DNA of 64,000 nt from Prorocentrum cordatum. Its lineage: Eukaryota. The DNA lies in contig CAUYUJ010000286.1 of NCBI GenBank assembly GCA_963575745.1, forward strand, positions 1-64,000. Direction: 5' to 3'. Below are positions 43,395-57,134 of the stretch, in pieces; position 1 is the first letter of the stretch; the number at the start of each line of letters is the position of its first letter. A program made the position numbers and the translations under genes. The notes under the pieces were generated by a model that worked only from the letters and a program-made list of their open reading frames with translations, had not been told where the DNA came from and did not search any database.

Positions 43395-43850
43395 GAGGTA
43401 CATGCTGGCTTAGAATCCTCGACAGGCGCCTTGCCGACCGCGTGCTGCAAGATACTCGATGTGTCGATGTCACGCTACATTTCACTCATATGAACAACTG
43501 CACATGCCTCTACGCAAAAAAAATCTGATAAAAAGCCTATCGGAGCCGTGCTGGGATTCTGCATCATGACGTCCTCCACATGTCAGGCGTGTCAAAGCAG
43601 CATGGCCAATGAACAAAATGCACAGCAACATGAGTGGAGAGCTCCCCTTCAAGGCACTACGTTCGACTTTCTGTCGCCCTCGGCGTGCGAATGCAGGTGC
43701 AATACCGCTCATCCTGAGTCGTTCGATGTGCTGTGATTTCGCAGGGTGGGGCAGCCTGCGTGAATCTAGCTCGCAAAAAGTAAATTGGACCAAGACCAAA
43801 GTTCGAGATACTCTGAGAATGCAATACAACGATGGACTATGAGCATGACC
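43395..43850 (+). pseudogene. Possible highly decayed non-LTR reverse transcriptase fragment
   Basis: Frame-broken motifs in RT order: WLRILDRRLADRV, KAY, VALGVR.Q, MQYNDG. Confidence 0.3.
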
Positions 43851-45969
43851 AGCGCTAATGCGAGAGCACAATTCTAGATCCCGCAGGGTGCCACGACAAA
43901 GGCGAGAGCACAATTACGTTGCCCGACCCTGAATACCGATGGCGCTACAGCGAGAGCACGCGTCTGAATCATAGGTCTTGCCGACGTTAACCTGACAGCG
44001 AAAACTTGAATCCCAGATGTAGCCCGTGCGTTTGCAAGAACGCCACGGTCGATTGTTCTACTGGGCCAACGGTGTGGGCGACGCATCGGCGGGAGCATGA
44101 TGATGAAGTTAGAGATTGTGCAGATATTACTGCATTGAAATTCTGAGCGGGAGCACCACTGCGCCTGTGTTACGGCGGGAGCATGGATTGATGCGACAAA
44201 ACGGTACTCAAACACAAAATTATGATAAGTATTGCTCGCGGCATCGCCATCATTATGTTTCAGACACCAGAAACAGCTGGGAGCGAAGCGAGAGCACCAT
44301 GCGGGGCACGGTGGTTCGAGGCACGCCGCTGTCGACTTGCCAACAAAATCATGGCGCGCAGGGGGCACGCCATGTTGCCATCGGTCGTCAACCTCCACGC
44401 GAAACCTCACAGCGACTTGCTTCAATGCGGCACACACGGCGGCAGACACGGTCGGGCGCTGCCAGCCAGCACCTTGTATAGAAGAAGAAAAAAAAACATT
44501 ATCATAAACTTTTGGCGCACTCCTTGGATTCGCGCTGGACCCCCCTCCATGGCGCGCGGAGCGCGCCAGGGTCGGCGCCGGAGGCGCCGCCGAGGGGCCC
44601 AGGCGCGGATCCAAGAAATCCGCGCGGAGCGCCAAAAGTTTACTGTGTCTATGCGGCGTTTCCTCCTCGACTGCAGGGCGGCGAAACCACCGCTCGGGCG
44701 CATGGCTCCTCGTCCACATCCCTGGCGTGGGGAGGAGGAGGAGAGGAGGAGGAGGAGGAGGAGGAGGAGGGGAGGAGGAGGAGGAGGAGGAGGAGGGGGA
44801 GGGGGGGAGGAGGGGAGGAGGAGGAGGAGGAGGAGGAGGAGGAGGAGGAGGAGGAGGGGGAGGAGGAGGAGGGGTAGGATCGTCGGTCCGTTGCCGCGCC
44901 TGCCTCCGAAGTCCTGCAGCTCCTGGCGGAGGGCAGGCTGCCCCTGGGCGGCTCGACCCCCGGCAGTTCACCCGTGTCCCGTGCCCCCCGCTCCGAGCCA
45001 CGGCGCGTGGGAGCGAGGTGGCCGAACACCGTCCTTATTCCACATCGCATGGGCGGAGGGGGGAGGCCCCCTACAGTGAGGGTCTTGACCTAAGGAACCC
45101 AAAACAAAGAACGAGGCCCCTCTTTTCCATGCGTTAAATAAACTTCGATTTCCGGTCGAAAACAGAAGGAAAACCTGAGGCACGCTGTGAAACACGTAAG
45201 GAACGCGGAGCCCCTCCCCAACCAAAAGGGTTCCTTCTTCAGGGCCCCTACTGCTTCGCAAGGGAACTCAAGGTCCGGTTCGACGCATGCTCCGCACAAC
45301 TGCTGCGGTGCGGCGGCGGCCCACTGTTTCCAAAAGACTGGAAGGAAGCCTGGGCCGTGCAAACAGAACCGCGAAGCGGCATCTGTATATACATATATGA
45401 TACACGTATACATATATATATATATATGTACATATATGTATAGATCTATGTGTAAATATATCCGCAACCTTGCCTTCAGCACGTACTGGAGAGCCCAAAA
45501 GTCCATCGGTCCTGGAACATCAACACACTCTTGCAATCGTGAAGGCCCAGAACTCCTGAAGATTCCTTGGGTGTGCCTGGTGAGACTTCCGAACCCCACG
45601 GCACCAGGACGGCCCAGGAGGGCCCCTCACAGCCGCACAGAAGCGAGGAGCGGATGCTTCGCAGCGAGAGAGCGCGTCGGTCCTCGCTAGGCATGTTGAG
45701 CTCTGAGATCGTGCTCTCCCATCTTTTCAAAGACATTGCGAAATTGCCTTTCCTGCGGGCGCACATCTCATGGCGGGCAGCAGTGCTTGTAAGCGCGGGT
45801 CGGGGAGAGTGAGAAGATGCAAGCGGGAGGGAGGCTTCAATTCCGACCAGCTCGGCTCCACTGAAGGCCTCCTTGTCATCTGCTTGTTCGTCCGTCCTCC
45901 AATCATGCAACCTCCTCATGGTCCTCCTCACTGCTACCGAAATCCTGTATCTTCCGCGTGCTTTTCCTC

Positions 45970-46747
45970 CGCCTGCACATCCAGTTCCTCCTCCTCCAAC
46001 TCATCCTCATTCTCACCTTCCTCCCACTCCTCCTCCTGCATCTCCTCCTCCTCCAACTCCTCCTCCTCCTCCTCCTCCTTCTCCTCCTCTTCATCCTCCT
46101 CCTCTTACTCCTCCTCCTCCTCCTCCTCCTCCTCATCCTCATCATCATCATCATCATCATCATCAACAACATCATCAGCAGCAGCATCATCATCACCACC
46201 ACCATCATCATCGTCATCATCAGCATCATCAGCATCCCTTCGTCCCCTTTGTCCCGTCAGAATGGAATGAGAGAGGAGCGGCAGCTGGTGGAAGAAGAGT
46301 GGACAGGAGAGGTCGGGTCAACTCTGCGTTCGTGAAGTAGTGGATGCCTGTCTTGACCGAACGACATTGGTACACATTAAAAACGTCGACGACGAGATGA
46401 AAATGACGACGGCGGCGGTCATGATGTTGATGACAATGATGACAATGATGACATTGATGATGATGATTATGATGATGATGGTGATGATGATGATGATGAA
46501 GACGACGGCAAGGAAGATGATGATGCTGATGGTGATGATGATCATTATCATGATGATGATGCTGCTGCTGATGATGATGATGATGATCATGATCATGATG
46601 ATGATCATGATGACGACGACGACGACGACGAGACGAGACGAGACGACGACGACTGCGAGAAGGAAAAACCGTCGACGAAGCGATGACAGTGACGACGGCG
46701 GCGCTGCTAACGATGCTGATAATGACGACGAGGAGAATGATGATGAC

Positions 46748-46797
<50 letters not shown>

Positions 46798-46810
46798 CGA
46801 TGACGATCCC
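45970..46810. repeat. (CCT)/(CAT) and (GAT)/(GAC) low-complexity tracts
   Basis: Degenerate trinucleotide runs on either side of a short unique spacer. Confidence 0.9.
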
Positions 46811-48017
46811 CATGATCACTGTCACTCTCAGGAGCTCCATGTCTTGTTTACCCTGGTCGCCCCAAGCTCTGGTGCGCAGAGGGCGGCAGGACTGCATGAC
46901 TCGTCGTCGCGGGTGCCGCGGCGGCCCGGGCTATGTGCAGCCAGATCGTCTGCCAAAACGTGCTCGACGTATGTATTGGGATCTGATTTGGAATCCACGT
47001 CTGGAACCTGTCCTGTCGATACCCTGGCCACCATGCCGAGCCGACTCCCGCCAGGGACAAGAGGACTACGCGCGTCATTCCTCCGGTCCCAGGGGCATGA
47101 AGACGGTACACACACACACACACATACACAACATTGCAAACCCGAGCAGCGCACCAGATGAAAAGAGACCCAGGAACGCAAAAAAACATGCCGTGGACGC
47201 ACCCCACTCGTCTGCAATATGTGGCAATATTAACGAAATCATCCAAGACGAAAGAACGTTTGGAAAGGCATACTGGATCTTCTGCGAGCTGCACGGGAAC
47301 GCGTCACTCCGACCTCTCAGAGCTCACGGGAGGCGAGGTTTTATGCAGAGTAAAACGTTACTCCGCTGGACCTCTCAGGAGCTCACAAAAGGGTTAACAC
47401 AGTTGCGCAGTTGGCAACAGTTGGCAGCACCCCGGGAAGCAAAGTAGAAGGCAGGTAGGAGTTTGGAGGCAAGAGGAGGGAGGAGGCGGGAGCAGAGGAA
47501 TAGGAATGAGCAGCAATGCTCTGGTCTGATCAAAAAGAATACGAACCTGACACAGGAGGGATGCGGAAAAACAAGCACGGGATCACGGCTGCTTCGACTC
47601 AAGATGACACGCGGTGACGCCGTGGCGTTGTGGCACGACTCGTGCGCGGCTCCTGTACTCGCACAGAGCGATGCCCAGCAGGGTGCGCGCCCGGTATTCG
47701 GGAGCATCCTCTCATGTCAGGGTGTACATCGTGGAGAGAAGAGGGGGAGAGAGGGGGGGAGACGAAACGAACGAACAAACAAACAAACAAACAAGCACCA
47801 ACCAAAACCAAATCATGAAGGAGAGAGACACGGAAGGGGAGGGAGAGAAAGACGTACATAAAGCGATGAGGCTGACACAGCAGCTGAATATGGAAACGCA
47901 CTGGAACGGATGATAAAAGACACGGGTAGGAAATCTGCAGACTCCTCGGCGTGTGAAAGACGCCGTCAGTGTCGTCGTCGTCGTCGGCGTCGTCGTCAGC
48001 CCCACGTCGTCATGAGC

Positions 48018-48196
48018 ATCGTTCAACCGATCCCCATCCCCACCAGGGTGGGCTGGGCCCCACTGGACGAATTACCCCCCTGATGGGGATACAGGCTGCT
48101 CTCTTCGGGTTTCGAGAGGCATATCCCCAACTGAGGTGGTGAGACGGTGGGGCTCGAGATGTGGATGGGGATGGGGATAGGGATCGGTTAAACGAT
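48018..48196. mobile_element. ~180-bp MITE-like element with 17-bp TIRs
   Basis: Left ATCGTTCAACCGATCCC, right end reverse complement ATCGTTTAACCGATCCC (16/17). Internal GGGGATA...TATCCCC stem. Confidence 0.75.
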
Positions 48197-49086
48197 ACTG
48201 ACGTCAGTCCCACGGACTTCGAGGAACAAGAGGAAGGAACGTCGTAGTGAAGTCGACTCCCTTCCCTCTATCCCTTCCCTGCTGGGCGGGAGGGGTTCTT
48301 GGGGGGGGGCCCGGGCCACCATGCCGCCCCCCCCCCCGGGGGGAGCCGCGGGTCCAGGGGGGCGTCGCCAGCGGGGGTCTGGGGGAAGGCCCCGCCTTCG
48401 GGGTCGGCGGCACCGGCCGTGAGGCCTTGGCAGCAAGACGCGCGCGAAAAGATAGACGACAGAGAGCAGGCGCGAGGAAGGATTGAGATGTTCTGCTACA
48501 CCGCCATTCCCGAAAACGTTAACACCAAGCACGCCAACACTCCAACACCCCTTGAGATGGCAACGATGTTGGAAAGGGACACGTTTGCATGGGCTCATGC
48601 ACCAAAGCGCTCTAGACCGTGAAGCAAACTTGCAGAAATTGGAAAAAAGCCGGCGAAGCCTGAAGAGCACGGCGCAAACACATCAAGGAAACGTGGCTAC
48701 AATGACCGCTGGGGGGGCCTGTGGACACACGACCCGGGATCATATATGGTCGAGAGTTTGGGCCCCCCCACCCTCAATGCTAATGCCATCGGCCCCCCCC
48801 CCCCCCGCGCGATGCCCCCCCCCCTGTGGGCGTGGGCGTGGCGTGGTGGCTCCCCCCCCCGTGGATGTGGTGTGGGTGTGGTGTGTTGCTGTGGGTGTGT
48901 GCAGGATGACGCCATCGTCCTCCTCCCCCCCTCCCTCCCCCTCTGTGGGTGTGGGTGCGGCGTGTGGCTGGGGTTGGCGTCATGTTGACAGCTCGGGTGC
49001 TCGACGTCGTCGCCGCCGCCGCTGGTGGTGCCGTCGACGTCGTCGTCGTTGTCGTCGTCGTCGTTGTCGTCGTCGTTGTTGTCGGT

Positions 49087-49125
<39 letters not shown>

Positions 49126-49949
49126 TTCGTCGTCGTCGTCATTGCCGTCGTCGTTGTCTTCCCCCTCCTCCTCCTCCTCCTCGACCTCCTCCTCCTCCTC
49201 ATCCTCCTCCTCCTCCTCCTCCTCCTCCTCCCCCCATCCCATCTGAAGGGGGTGGGGGCCCGAGGACCCTGGGACCCATCCCATCTGGGGGGGGAAGCCC
49301 GAGGACCCTGAGCCCGCGATCATATATGACCACACACTGCCACACGAACGTGTACGCATGCAAACGGACATGCCAATTATCTGACTGGTGGTGCTATTAC
49401 ATTCAATATGATTGACCTCCTGCTGCGTGTATTGCAACAGCTGCTGCCGCTGCAAAGAATATTGGGGCAGCTGTTCCCCCTACTGTTTACACTACACATG
49501 ATGGCCTTTCTGATACCACCACTCGCACTGCTCCGACTGCTTGCGCTCGCGTTCGCTCTCTTACGAGTTTCTGTACATGGCTTGTCCAACCCAACTCCTA
49601 TCCATACCATGATATCCCAGCCCCTGCTCCTGCACAGCAACTCGTGGTGCTACTGCTGCGCCTGCTCCGAGTCTTCCTCGCCTGCTCACTGCCATCACTT
49701 GCCCCTCAAATGCCCTGCTGCACTTGCAAGAATCCTTGCCAGCGTTTGCAGATTGCTGACTCATCAGCTTCAGAAGCTTTTCCCGGTGTTCGCAGGCCAC
49801 GTTGCCGAAATAGTTCTGGGGGGGAAAAGCGGCAAGGGGGAGGGGAGGAGTGCTCCCGACAGGGGATCAATGAAAACACGCTACCCTGTCCTGCGCGATT
49901 CCTAATACCCAAAATCATCCGAATCGCAAGCAAACAGCCGCCACCACCT

Positions 49950-50345
49950 TCGCATCATGATCATGCGTAATTCCCTTATCCGTGAGAGCATTCGGACTCC
50001 TTTATATCCGCTCGCGCTCATCATCTGGAGAACGATCTGATCAAATGGTGCTGAAACTGTTGCGCATGAAATAACGCTGCGAACAGTCTGCGCGCGCATG
50101 AATGCGCAACCCTCACGCCGCCTCCTCCGCTTCGATGTCGTTGAACACCTCCTGGCCCTCATCGTTCAACCACTTCGGAACCGGAATCTTCTGCGGCCCT
50201 GGCATTCAGCACGATGGTTGTGCAACATGAACACGCATTGCCCCAGCCAACTCTAATGAACGCAAGCTTCACATATTAGAGTAAGCCCACAGGGCTCCTT
50301 CTTCACAGCATCTAGCCAGATAACGAAAGCCGTACATCATATGTG
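49950..50345 (-). pseudogene. Decayed non-LTR (LINE) reverse transcriptase fragment
   Basis: MYGFRYLARCCEE...*YVKLAFIRVGW (cf. DxxKAFDRVxW), REGCA / RLFAALF (cf. RQGCPLSPxLF) and a YA remnant, in correct order with stops and frameshifts. Confidence 0.45.
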
Positions 50346-50799
50346 CCTCCTTTACCGATGACCTCGAAGCAAGCTTTCTGCCGTAAGAGGTCCGCCCCTG
50401 CACACCGAATACGAACCCTCTTGTGCCTCGGACAGAGAACACCTTTTTACACGCGCAGCGTGACCTTTGCGAAGCGGATGCCGGCTATGCCACCCGCAGC
50501 ATCCATAGTCACGGATACTCGAGTGGATGTCCCCAGTGTGCCAATGATCACCCGAAAAAAAGACCTCTAGAGAGCTTGGCTTTCGTGGAAATCACGGTGC
50601 TACGAGGCTGGGAGGACCCAAACGGAGGAACTGATGGACGTCGAGATCAGCAGCCGTCTCTGTAAGAACATCATGTGACTCGTGTTCTTCCTTCTGAGCG
50701 CTCTAGAAGAGAACTGCAGACCCGCAGGTGCCCCAGGAACGAAAATGTACCCTGGCGAAGGATCCCACCCTACGCAGTTGTGCATACGACGGTTGTGAG

Positions 50800-53700
50800 C
50801 ACTGCCTTCGGTGGAGCTCCCCGTGGGCACGAGGCACGCGCAGGGTGCAGGGCAATGGGGCGGGGCCGCCATGCGGGGGCTGCCGCTGGAGCCTTCGGTG
50901 GAGCGCCCTTGTGGGGCCACGACACGTATGCGGGGTGTGCCAAAGTGGAGGGGTGCGGCATGGGAGCCATGCCACTGGGGCCTTCGGTGGAGCTCCCAAA
51001 TCGGGCCACGAGACGTGCGAGGGGTGTGCCAAAAGTGGAGGGGGGCGCGGCATGCGAGCCATACCACTGGAGCCTTCGGTGGAGCTTCCCGCGGGGCCAC
51101 GAAACGTGCGAGGGGTGTGCCAAGTGGAAGGGTGGGGGGCTGCATACGAACCATGCCACTGGAGCTCCTCATGGGGCCACGAAACGTGTGAGGGGTGTGC
51201 CAAGGTGGAGAAGGGGTGCGGCATGCGAACCATGCCACTGTGGCCTTCGGTGGAGCTCCCTATGGGGCCACGAATCGTGTGAGGGGTGTGCCTGAGTGGA
51301 GGGGGGCGCGGCATGCGAGCCATATCACTGGAGCCTTCGGTGGAGCTTCCCGCGGGGCCACGGAACGTGCCAAGGGTGTGCCGAAGTGGAGGGGGGTGCG
51401 GCATGGAACCTTCGGTGGAGCTCCCTATGGGGCCACGAAACGCGCGAGGGGTGTGCCAAAGTGGAGAGGGAGGGGCGGCATGCCAACCATGCCACTGGGG
51501 CCTTTGGTGGAGTTAACATAGAGGCCGGCCACGGAACGTGCCCAGGGTGTGCCAAAGTGGAGGGGGGTGCGGCATGGAACCTTCGGTGGAGCTCCTCATG
51601 GGGCCACGAAACGCGCGAGGGGTGTGCCAGAAGTGGAGAGGGGGGTGCGGCCTGCGAACCATGCCACTGGGGCCTTCGGTGGAGCTCCCTACGGGGCCAC
51701 GAAACGCGTGAGGGGTGTGCCGAAGTGGAGAAGGGGATGCGGCATGCGAGCCATGCCACTGGAACCTTCGGTGGAGCCCCCCACGAAAAGCGCGAGGGGT
51801 GTGCAAAGCGGAAGGGTGGGGGGCCGCATGCGAACCATGCCACTGGGGCCTCCAGGGGAGCTCCCCATGGGGCCACGAAACGCGCGAGGGGTCTACCAAA
51901 GTGGAGAGGGAGGGGCGGCATGCCAACCATGCCACTGGGGCCTTCGGTGGAGTTACTGTAGAGGCCACGGAACGTGCCAAGGGTGTGCCGAAGTGGAGGG
52001 GGGTGCGGCATGGAACCTTCGGTGGAACTCCTCATGGTGCCACGAAACGCGCGAGGGGTGTGCCAAAGTGGAGAGGGAGGGGCGGCATGCCAACCATGCC
52101 ACTGGGGCCTTTGGTGGAGTTAACATAGAGGCCACGGAACGTGCCCAGGGTGTGCCAAAGTGGAGGGGGGTGCGGCATGGAACCTTCGGTGGAGCTCCTC
52201 ATGGGGCCACGAAACGCGCGAGGGGTGTGCCAGAAGTGGAGAGGGGGGTGCGGCCTGCGAACCATGCCACTGGGGCCTTCGGTGGAGCTCCCTACGGGGC
52301 CACGAAACGCGTGAGGGGTGTGCCGAAGTGGAGAAGGGGATGCGGCATGCGAGCCATGCCACTGGAACCTTCAGTGGAGTTCTCCGTGGGGCCACGAATC
52401 GTGCGAGAGATGTGCCAAAGTGAAAGGGTGGGCGGCTGCATGCGAACCATGCCAGTGGGACCTTCGGTGGAGTTCCGCATAGTGCCACGAAACGTGTGAG
52501 GGGGGTGCCAAGGTAGAGAAGGGGTGCGGCATGCGAACCATGCCACTGTGGCCTTCGGTGGAGCTCCCTATGGGGCCACGAAACGTGTGAGCGGTGTGCC
52601 TGAGTGGATGTGGGTGCGGCATTCGAGCCATGCCACTGGAACCTTCGGTGGAGCCCCACGTGGGGCCACGAAAAGTGTGAGGGGTGTGCCAAAGTGGAGA
52701 AGGGGATGCGGCATGCGATCATCCTCCCGCATGTAGACCCTCCCACTGGGGTTTTCCGTGGAGTTCTCTGTGGGGCCACCAAAACTGCGAGGGGTGCCGA
52801 GATGGGTGCGGAACAACATGTGGACTTTCCCACTAGGCCCTTCGGTGGAGTTCCCTCTGGGACCACGAAACTTGTGAAAGATGTGCCGACATGGAAGTGG
52901 CTCCGCATGCGGACGCAACCATTGGGGCGTTCGGTGGCGTTCCCTTTGGGGCTACGAAACGGGATGGGTGCGGCGAAAGCGGCGGGGAGCCGCATGTGGA
53001 CCCTGCCGCGGAGCCTTCGGCGGACATCCTCGTAGGACCACGAAGCGTGTGAGGGGCGTGCCGGAATACATGTACAGGACACATACGGACAGTGCCACTG
53101 GGACCTTCGATCGACCTCCGTATGGAACCACGAAACGTGTGAGGCGCGTGCCGAAAATGGGCGGTCAAACCGCAGGCGAACGCAACCACTGACGCCTTCG
53201 GTGGAGCTCCGTATGGGGCCACGAAACGTGTGAAGGGTGTGCCGAAAAGGGGCGGGGGGGGGGCCGAACAAAATGCGAACGCAGCCGCTGGGGCATGCGG
53301 CGAAATCCCCTGCGAAGCCACAAAAAGCGTAAAGGGTGCACCGAAATGGGAGCGGAACAACATGAGAACGCAGCCAGTGGGACTAACGGTGGAGATCCCT
53401 ACGGAACCACAACGCGTGCTGGGTGTGCCGATTTTGTGGCGGAACCGCATGCAAATGCAGACACTGGAACCTTCGGTGGAGCCCCCTTCTGAAGCCACGA
53501 AGCGTGTGAGGAGTGTGCCAAAGTGGACGGGGGGCGACATGCCAACCATGCCACTGGGGCCTTCGGTGGATGTCCCTCTGGGGCCACGAAATGTTTCAAG
53601 GGTATGCCAAACTGCAGAAGTAACGGCATGCGAATCACGCCACTGGGGCTTCCGGTGGAGCTCCCGATGGGGCCACGAAACGCGCGAGGGGTGTGCCAAA

Positions 53701-54090
53701 GTGGAAAGGGAGGGGCGGCATGCCAACCATGCCACTGGGGCCTTTGGTGGAGTTAACATATGAGGCCACGGAACGTGCCCAGGGTGTGCCAAAGTGGAGG
53801 GGGGTGCGGCATGGAACATTCGGTGGAGCTCCTCATGGGGCCACGAAACGCGCGAGGGGTGTGCCAGAAGTGGAGAGGGGGGTGCGGCATGCGAACCATG
53901 CCACTGGGGCCTTCGGTGGAGCTCCCTACGGGGCCACGAAACGCGCGAGGGGTATGCCAAACTGGAGGGGGGGGCATGCGAACCATGCCACTGGGGCCTT
54001 CGGTGGAGCTCCCATGAAGCCACGAAACGTGCGAGTGGTTCGCCAAATTGGAAGAGGGGCGGCACGCGAACCATGTCACTGGGGCCACGG
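50800..54090 (+). repeat. ~70-88-bp tandem satellite with higher-order structure
   Basis: Unit AACCATGCCACTGGGGCCTTCGGTGGAGCTCCCTATGGGGCCACGAAACGTGTGAGGGGTGTGCCAAAGTGGA...GCGGCATGC. A multi-monomer block recurs at ~51360, ~51968 and partly ~53670. Confidence 0.95.
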
Positions 54091-54699
54091 CGCTTACTCA
54101 ATGCACTCCGGCGGTAGGACCCCACGTGGAAAACACGCGCAGTTTGCCCTGAGCCTTTTCCCCTTCGCCCGGGCGGACTCCCTCCCCTCGTCTCTGCTCT
54201 GCCCTCGCATCCTTTTCCTCCTTATATTTATCCTCCTCCTCCTCCTCCTCCTCCTCCTCCTCCTCTTCCTCCTCCTCCTCGTCCTTCTCTCTCTCTCTCT
54301 CCTCCTCCTCCTCCTTCTCCACCTCATCCTCTTCATCACCCTTCCCCCACCCCTCCCCCCTCTCTTCGTCCCCCCCCCCTGCTTCTCAACGTGCACTCCC
54401 CCCCCCTGGTCGGGGCAAGCAAGTCGATTTTCCTCGGCGCCGTCGACGCCTCGGCCAACACGCGCGCGTTTTCCGTCGGCTAGATCGCGAAGCCCTGTGG
54501 GCGACCCCGCGGGCCATGTTTTTGGGACAACCCCGCGGGCCGCTGGGGCGCGGCGGCAGGCCGCCGGAACAACCCCACGGGCCAGTCCGTTGGGGCAACC
54601 CCGCTGGCCTCGAAGCGGGCGCGGCCGCGCTCAGGCGGGGGGCAGCGCGAAGCCCGGCCGCGCGGCGAGCTGCTCCGCATCGGCTGCGGAGCTCCGCTC

Positions 54700-55430
54700 T
54701 CCGCTATCTCGTCGAACTTCGGGAGCGCTTTCCGCGGGGGCGCCGGCGGCCCGCGCGCCGGCCGCAGGATCGACATGTTCCGCACACACGCGGAGCGGGG
54801 GAAGACGACGTGGAAGCGCAGCCACCACTGCTCGTCCGACATGCCCGCGCGACCAGCGTCATCATCCTGGGCGCAGTCGACGGCGCCGCCCTTGCGCGGC
54901 GTCTGGTCCTGCGACAGCGCGGGGGTCACGCGCGACGCGCGCGCCGGGGTGGACCCCGAGCGGCGCACGACGCGCGGCCCCGAGCTGTACCAGGTGAACG
55001 CCTTCTCGAAGGACCTGAACATCAGCAAGGTCCTCGCCCGCGCCTCGGCCTCGCCGTCGTCGTCCGCGCCTTCAGCGCCCTGTAGCAAGACCTCGGCGAC
55101 CTCCTGGCAGGTCGGGGGCTCCTTGAAGCCGCGCACCAGCAGCCAGACCCCCCCCGCGTTAGGTTGCGGGGGCGAAAGAGCTGGCCTGGCGCGCGCCCCT
55201 CGCACCCCCGCTCGTCTGGGTGAAAGTCGAAGGAAACGATGGAGTCCCGTTGCTCTTGCACGAGCCCCAACTTATTCAGCTCCTCCTGCACGGCCGCGAA
55301 CGGGACTTCCATGCCAACGCGCGCCGGCAAGACGCCGTGGATGTCCCCCGTCTTGCGCATGTTCGGGAATTCCAAGAGGCGCCGGCCCGCGCCCAGGTCG
55401 CCTTGGATCGCGTTGTTCTCGTCTACGGCC
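54700..55430 (-). pseudogene. Decayed C-terminal half of a Pif1-family (Helitron-type) helicase
   Basis: RKTGDIHGVLPARVGMEV...KLGLVQEQRDSIVSFDFHPDE, then after a frameshift VRRSGSTPARASRVTPALSQDQTPRKGGAVDCA (cf. RxQFPL..A...T...SQGQTL...VD) and WWLRFHVVFPRS (cf. YVxxSRA), with key residues mutated. Confidence 0.7.
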
Positions 55431-55697
55431 TGCAGGAGAAGGGGGGGCGCGCCCAGGACCGCGCGCCGCGACGAGCACGCTCGTTTATCCACGAGGCCCC
55501 CCCCTGAGACTTGTTCAACATTCTAACGCAAGGTGCCCCGACAGATACAAGTTTCGGATGACCCGCCCCGACTACCAACCTGCAACGAGGGGCCCCATAG
55601 GAAAAGGAGGCCCTGCCTGAGACCCCCTTCCGACGCACTTATCTACGAGGGCCCTGCCTGGGGCTTCTTCAAAGCTCAGGCGTGAGGGGCCCAAGAC

Positions 55698-55737
<40 letters not shown>

Positions 55738-57134
55738 CACAAGGTTCGGCTGACCCGCTCCGATTCCCCACTTGGAATGCGGGCCCCATAGGAAGGGGGC
55801 CCCCGCCTGTGACTTCCTCGCAAGTCACTCACAAATGAAGCCCCCGCCTGAGGCTTCTTCAAGATGAGTGCATGAGTGTGTGACTGTGTGCATGTGTGCG
55901 TGCGTTTGTGTGTGAGTGTGAATGCGCGTGGGCGTGATTTCAATGATGATGGTGATGCCGATGAGTGGGCGAGTGGGTGAGGGGCTGAGTGATGCTGAAG
56001 ATGATGGTGATAGTGATGAGCGCGAATGCGCGAGCGCGCGAGCGCGTGTGTGAGCGAAGTAAGAGGGGGGCGGGATGATGATGACAATGATGAGTTTCCT
56101 CCCGCGCAACACCTGGACTACTGAACAGCAGAACTGCCCGTCAGCTAACGCGCCCAGACGCGTAAGACAGGCGGACAGAAACACTCGAGAGGTTCCACGG
56201 CTGCCGCGGCTGAAACCGAGCAGGCAAAAGTCGGGGAGGCATGGAGGCGATCGATCCATCCCAGCCGAGACCATGCAGTAGGCCTGCCGCCCGAGAGAGT
56301 CGGGCGGCCAGAGACGGCGCGGGCGGGCAGACGGCACGCACGCGCCCCGACCTGGCGCGGGAGCACGGACAGCCACGAACAAAGAAAACAGACAGAGAAA
56401 CAACACCCCAGTCGCATCAGGTGCGCCTCGCAAATGCGAGGACCGTCGCAGCGACTGGCGGATCTGGATGCCGCCACGCACGGAGAGGGGGCGTGGAGAC
56501 GAGAGGCGGCAGCAGCAGCACTGGAGAGCCAAAAGGAGTATTCTGGGCGAGAGCATTCGGGCGGCGACGACTCGCATCGGCAGCGTCGCGCAGATTCGCA
56601 TCGGCAGCGTCAAGGGTGAGCCCCAGCCGGCTGGACGGGTCTTGGCGGATCCCCCCGAAGCGCAAACAGCACCACACTACATAGGAGGAAGATGAAAGGT
56701 ACCTTTCTTCCCCGAGTTTACGGTGTGGACGACATCGCCGTCATCGTAGTCGTCGTTGTCGCCACGGCGTCGTGGATATCGCCGCATTCGAAGACTCCAA
56801 CGCCGTCATCGCAAAACATCGTCGGCGTCGTCCTAGTCGACGTCCAGATCTTCGCCATTACTATACTCAATATGGTCACGGTTGTCGTACTCATGACGTC
56901 GCCACCGTCACCCTGCCTGATGCGCTCCTCCCTTCCATCCCGCGGCGCGGACCCTGTGCCCAGGCGGCGATGAACTGCCGCGAGAGGAGCGCGGCGAAGC
57001 CCGCCGAGGCCAAGAGGCTCCTCCAAGGCGAGAAAGCTAGCAACAGGAGCACCAAGGTAAGATATACCTCCTACGCCTCGGCGGGGACACGAGCGAAGAG
57101 CATGAGACAAATCCTACAGATTCCGCTGAAGTTG

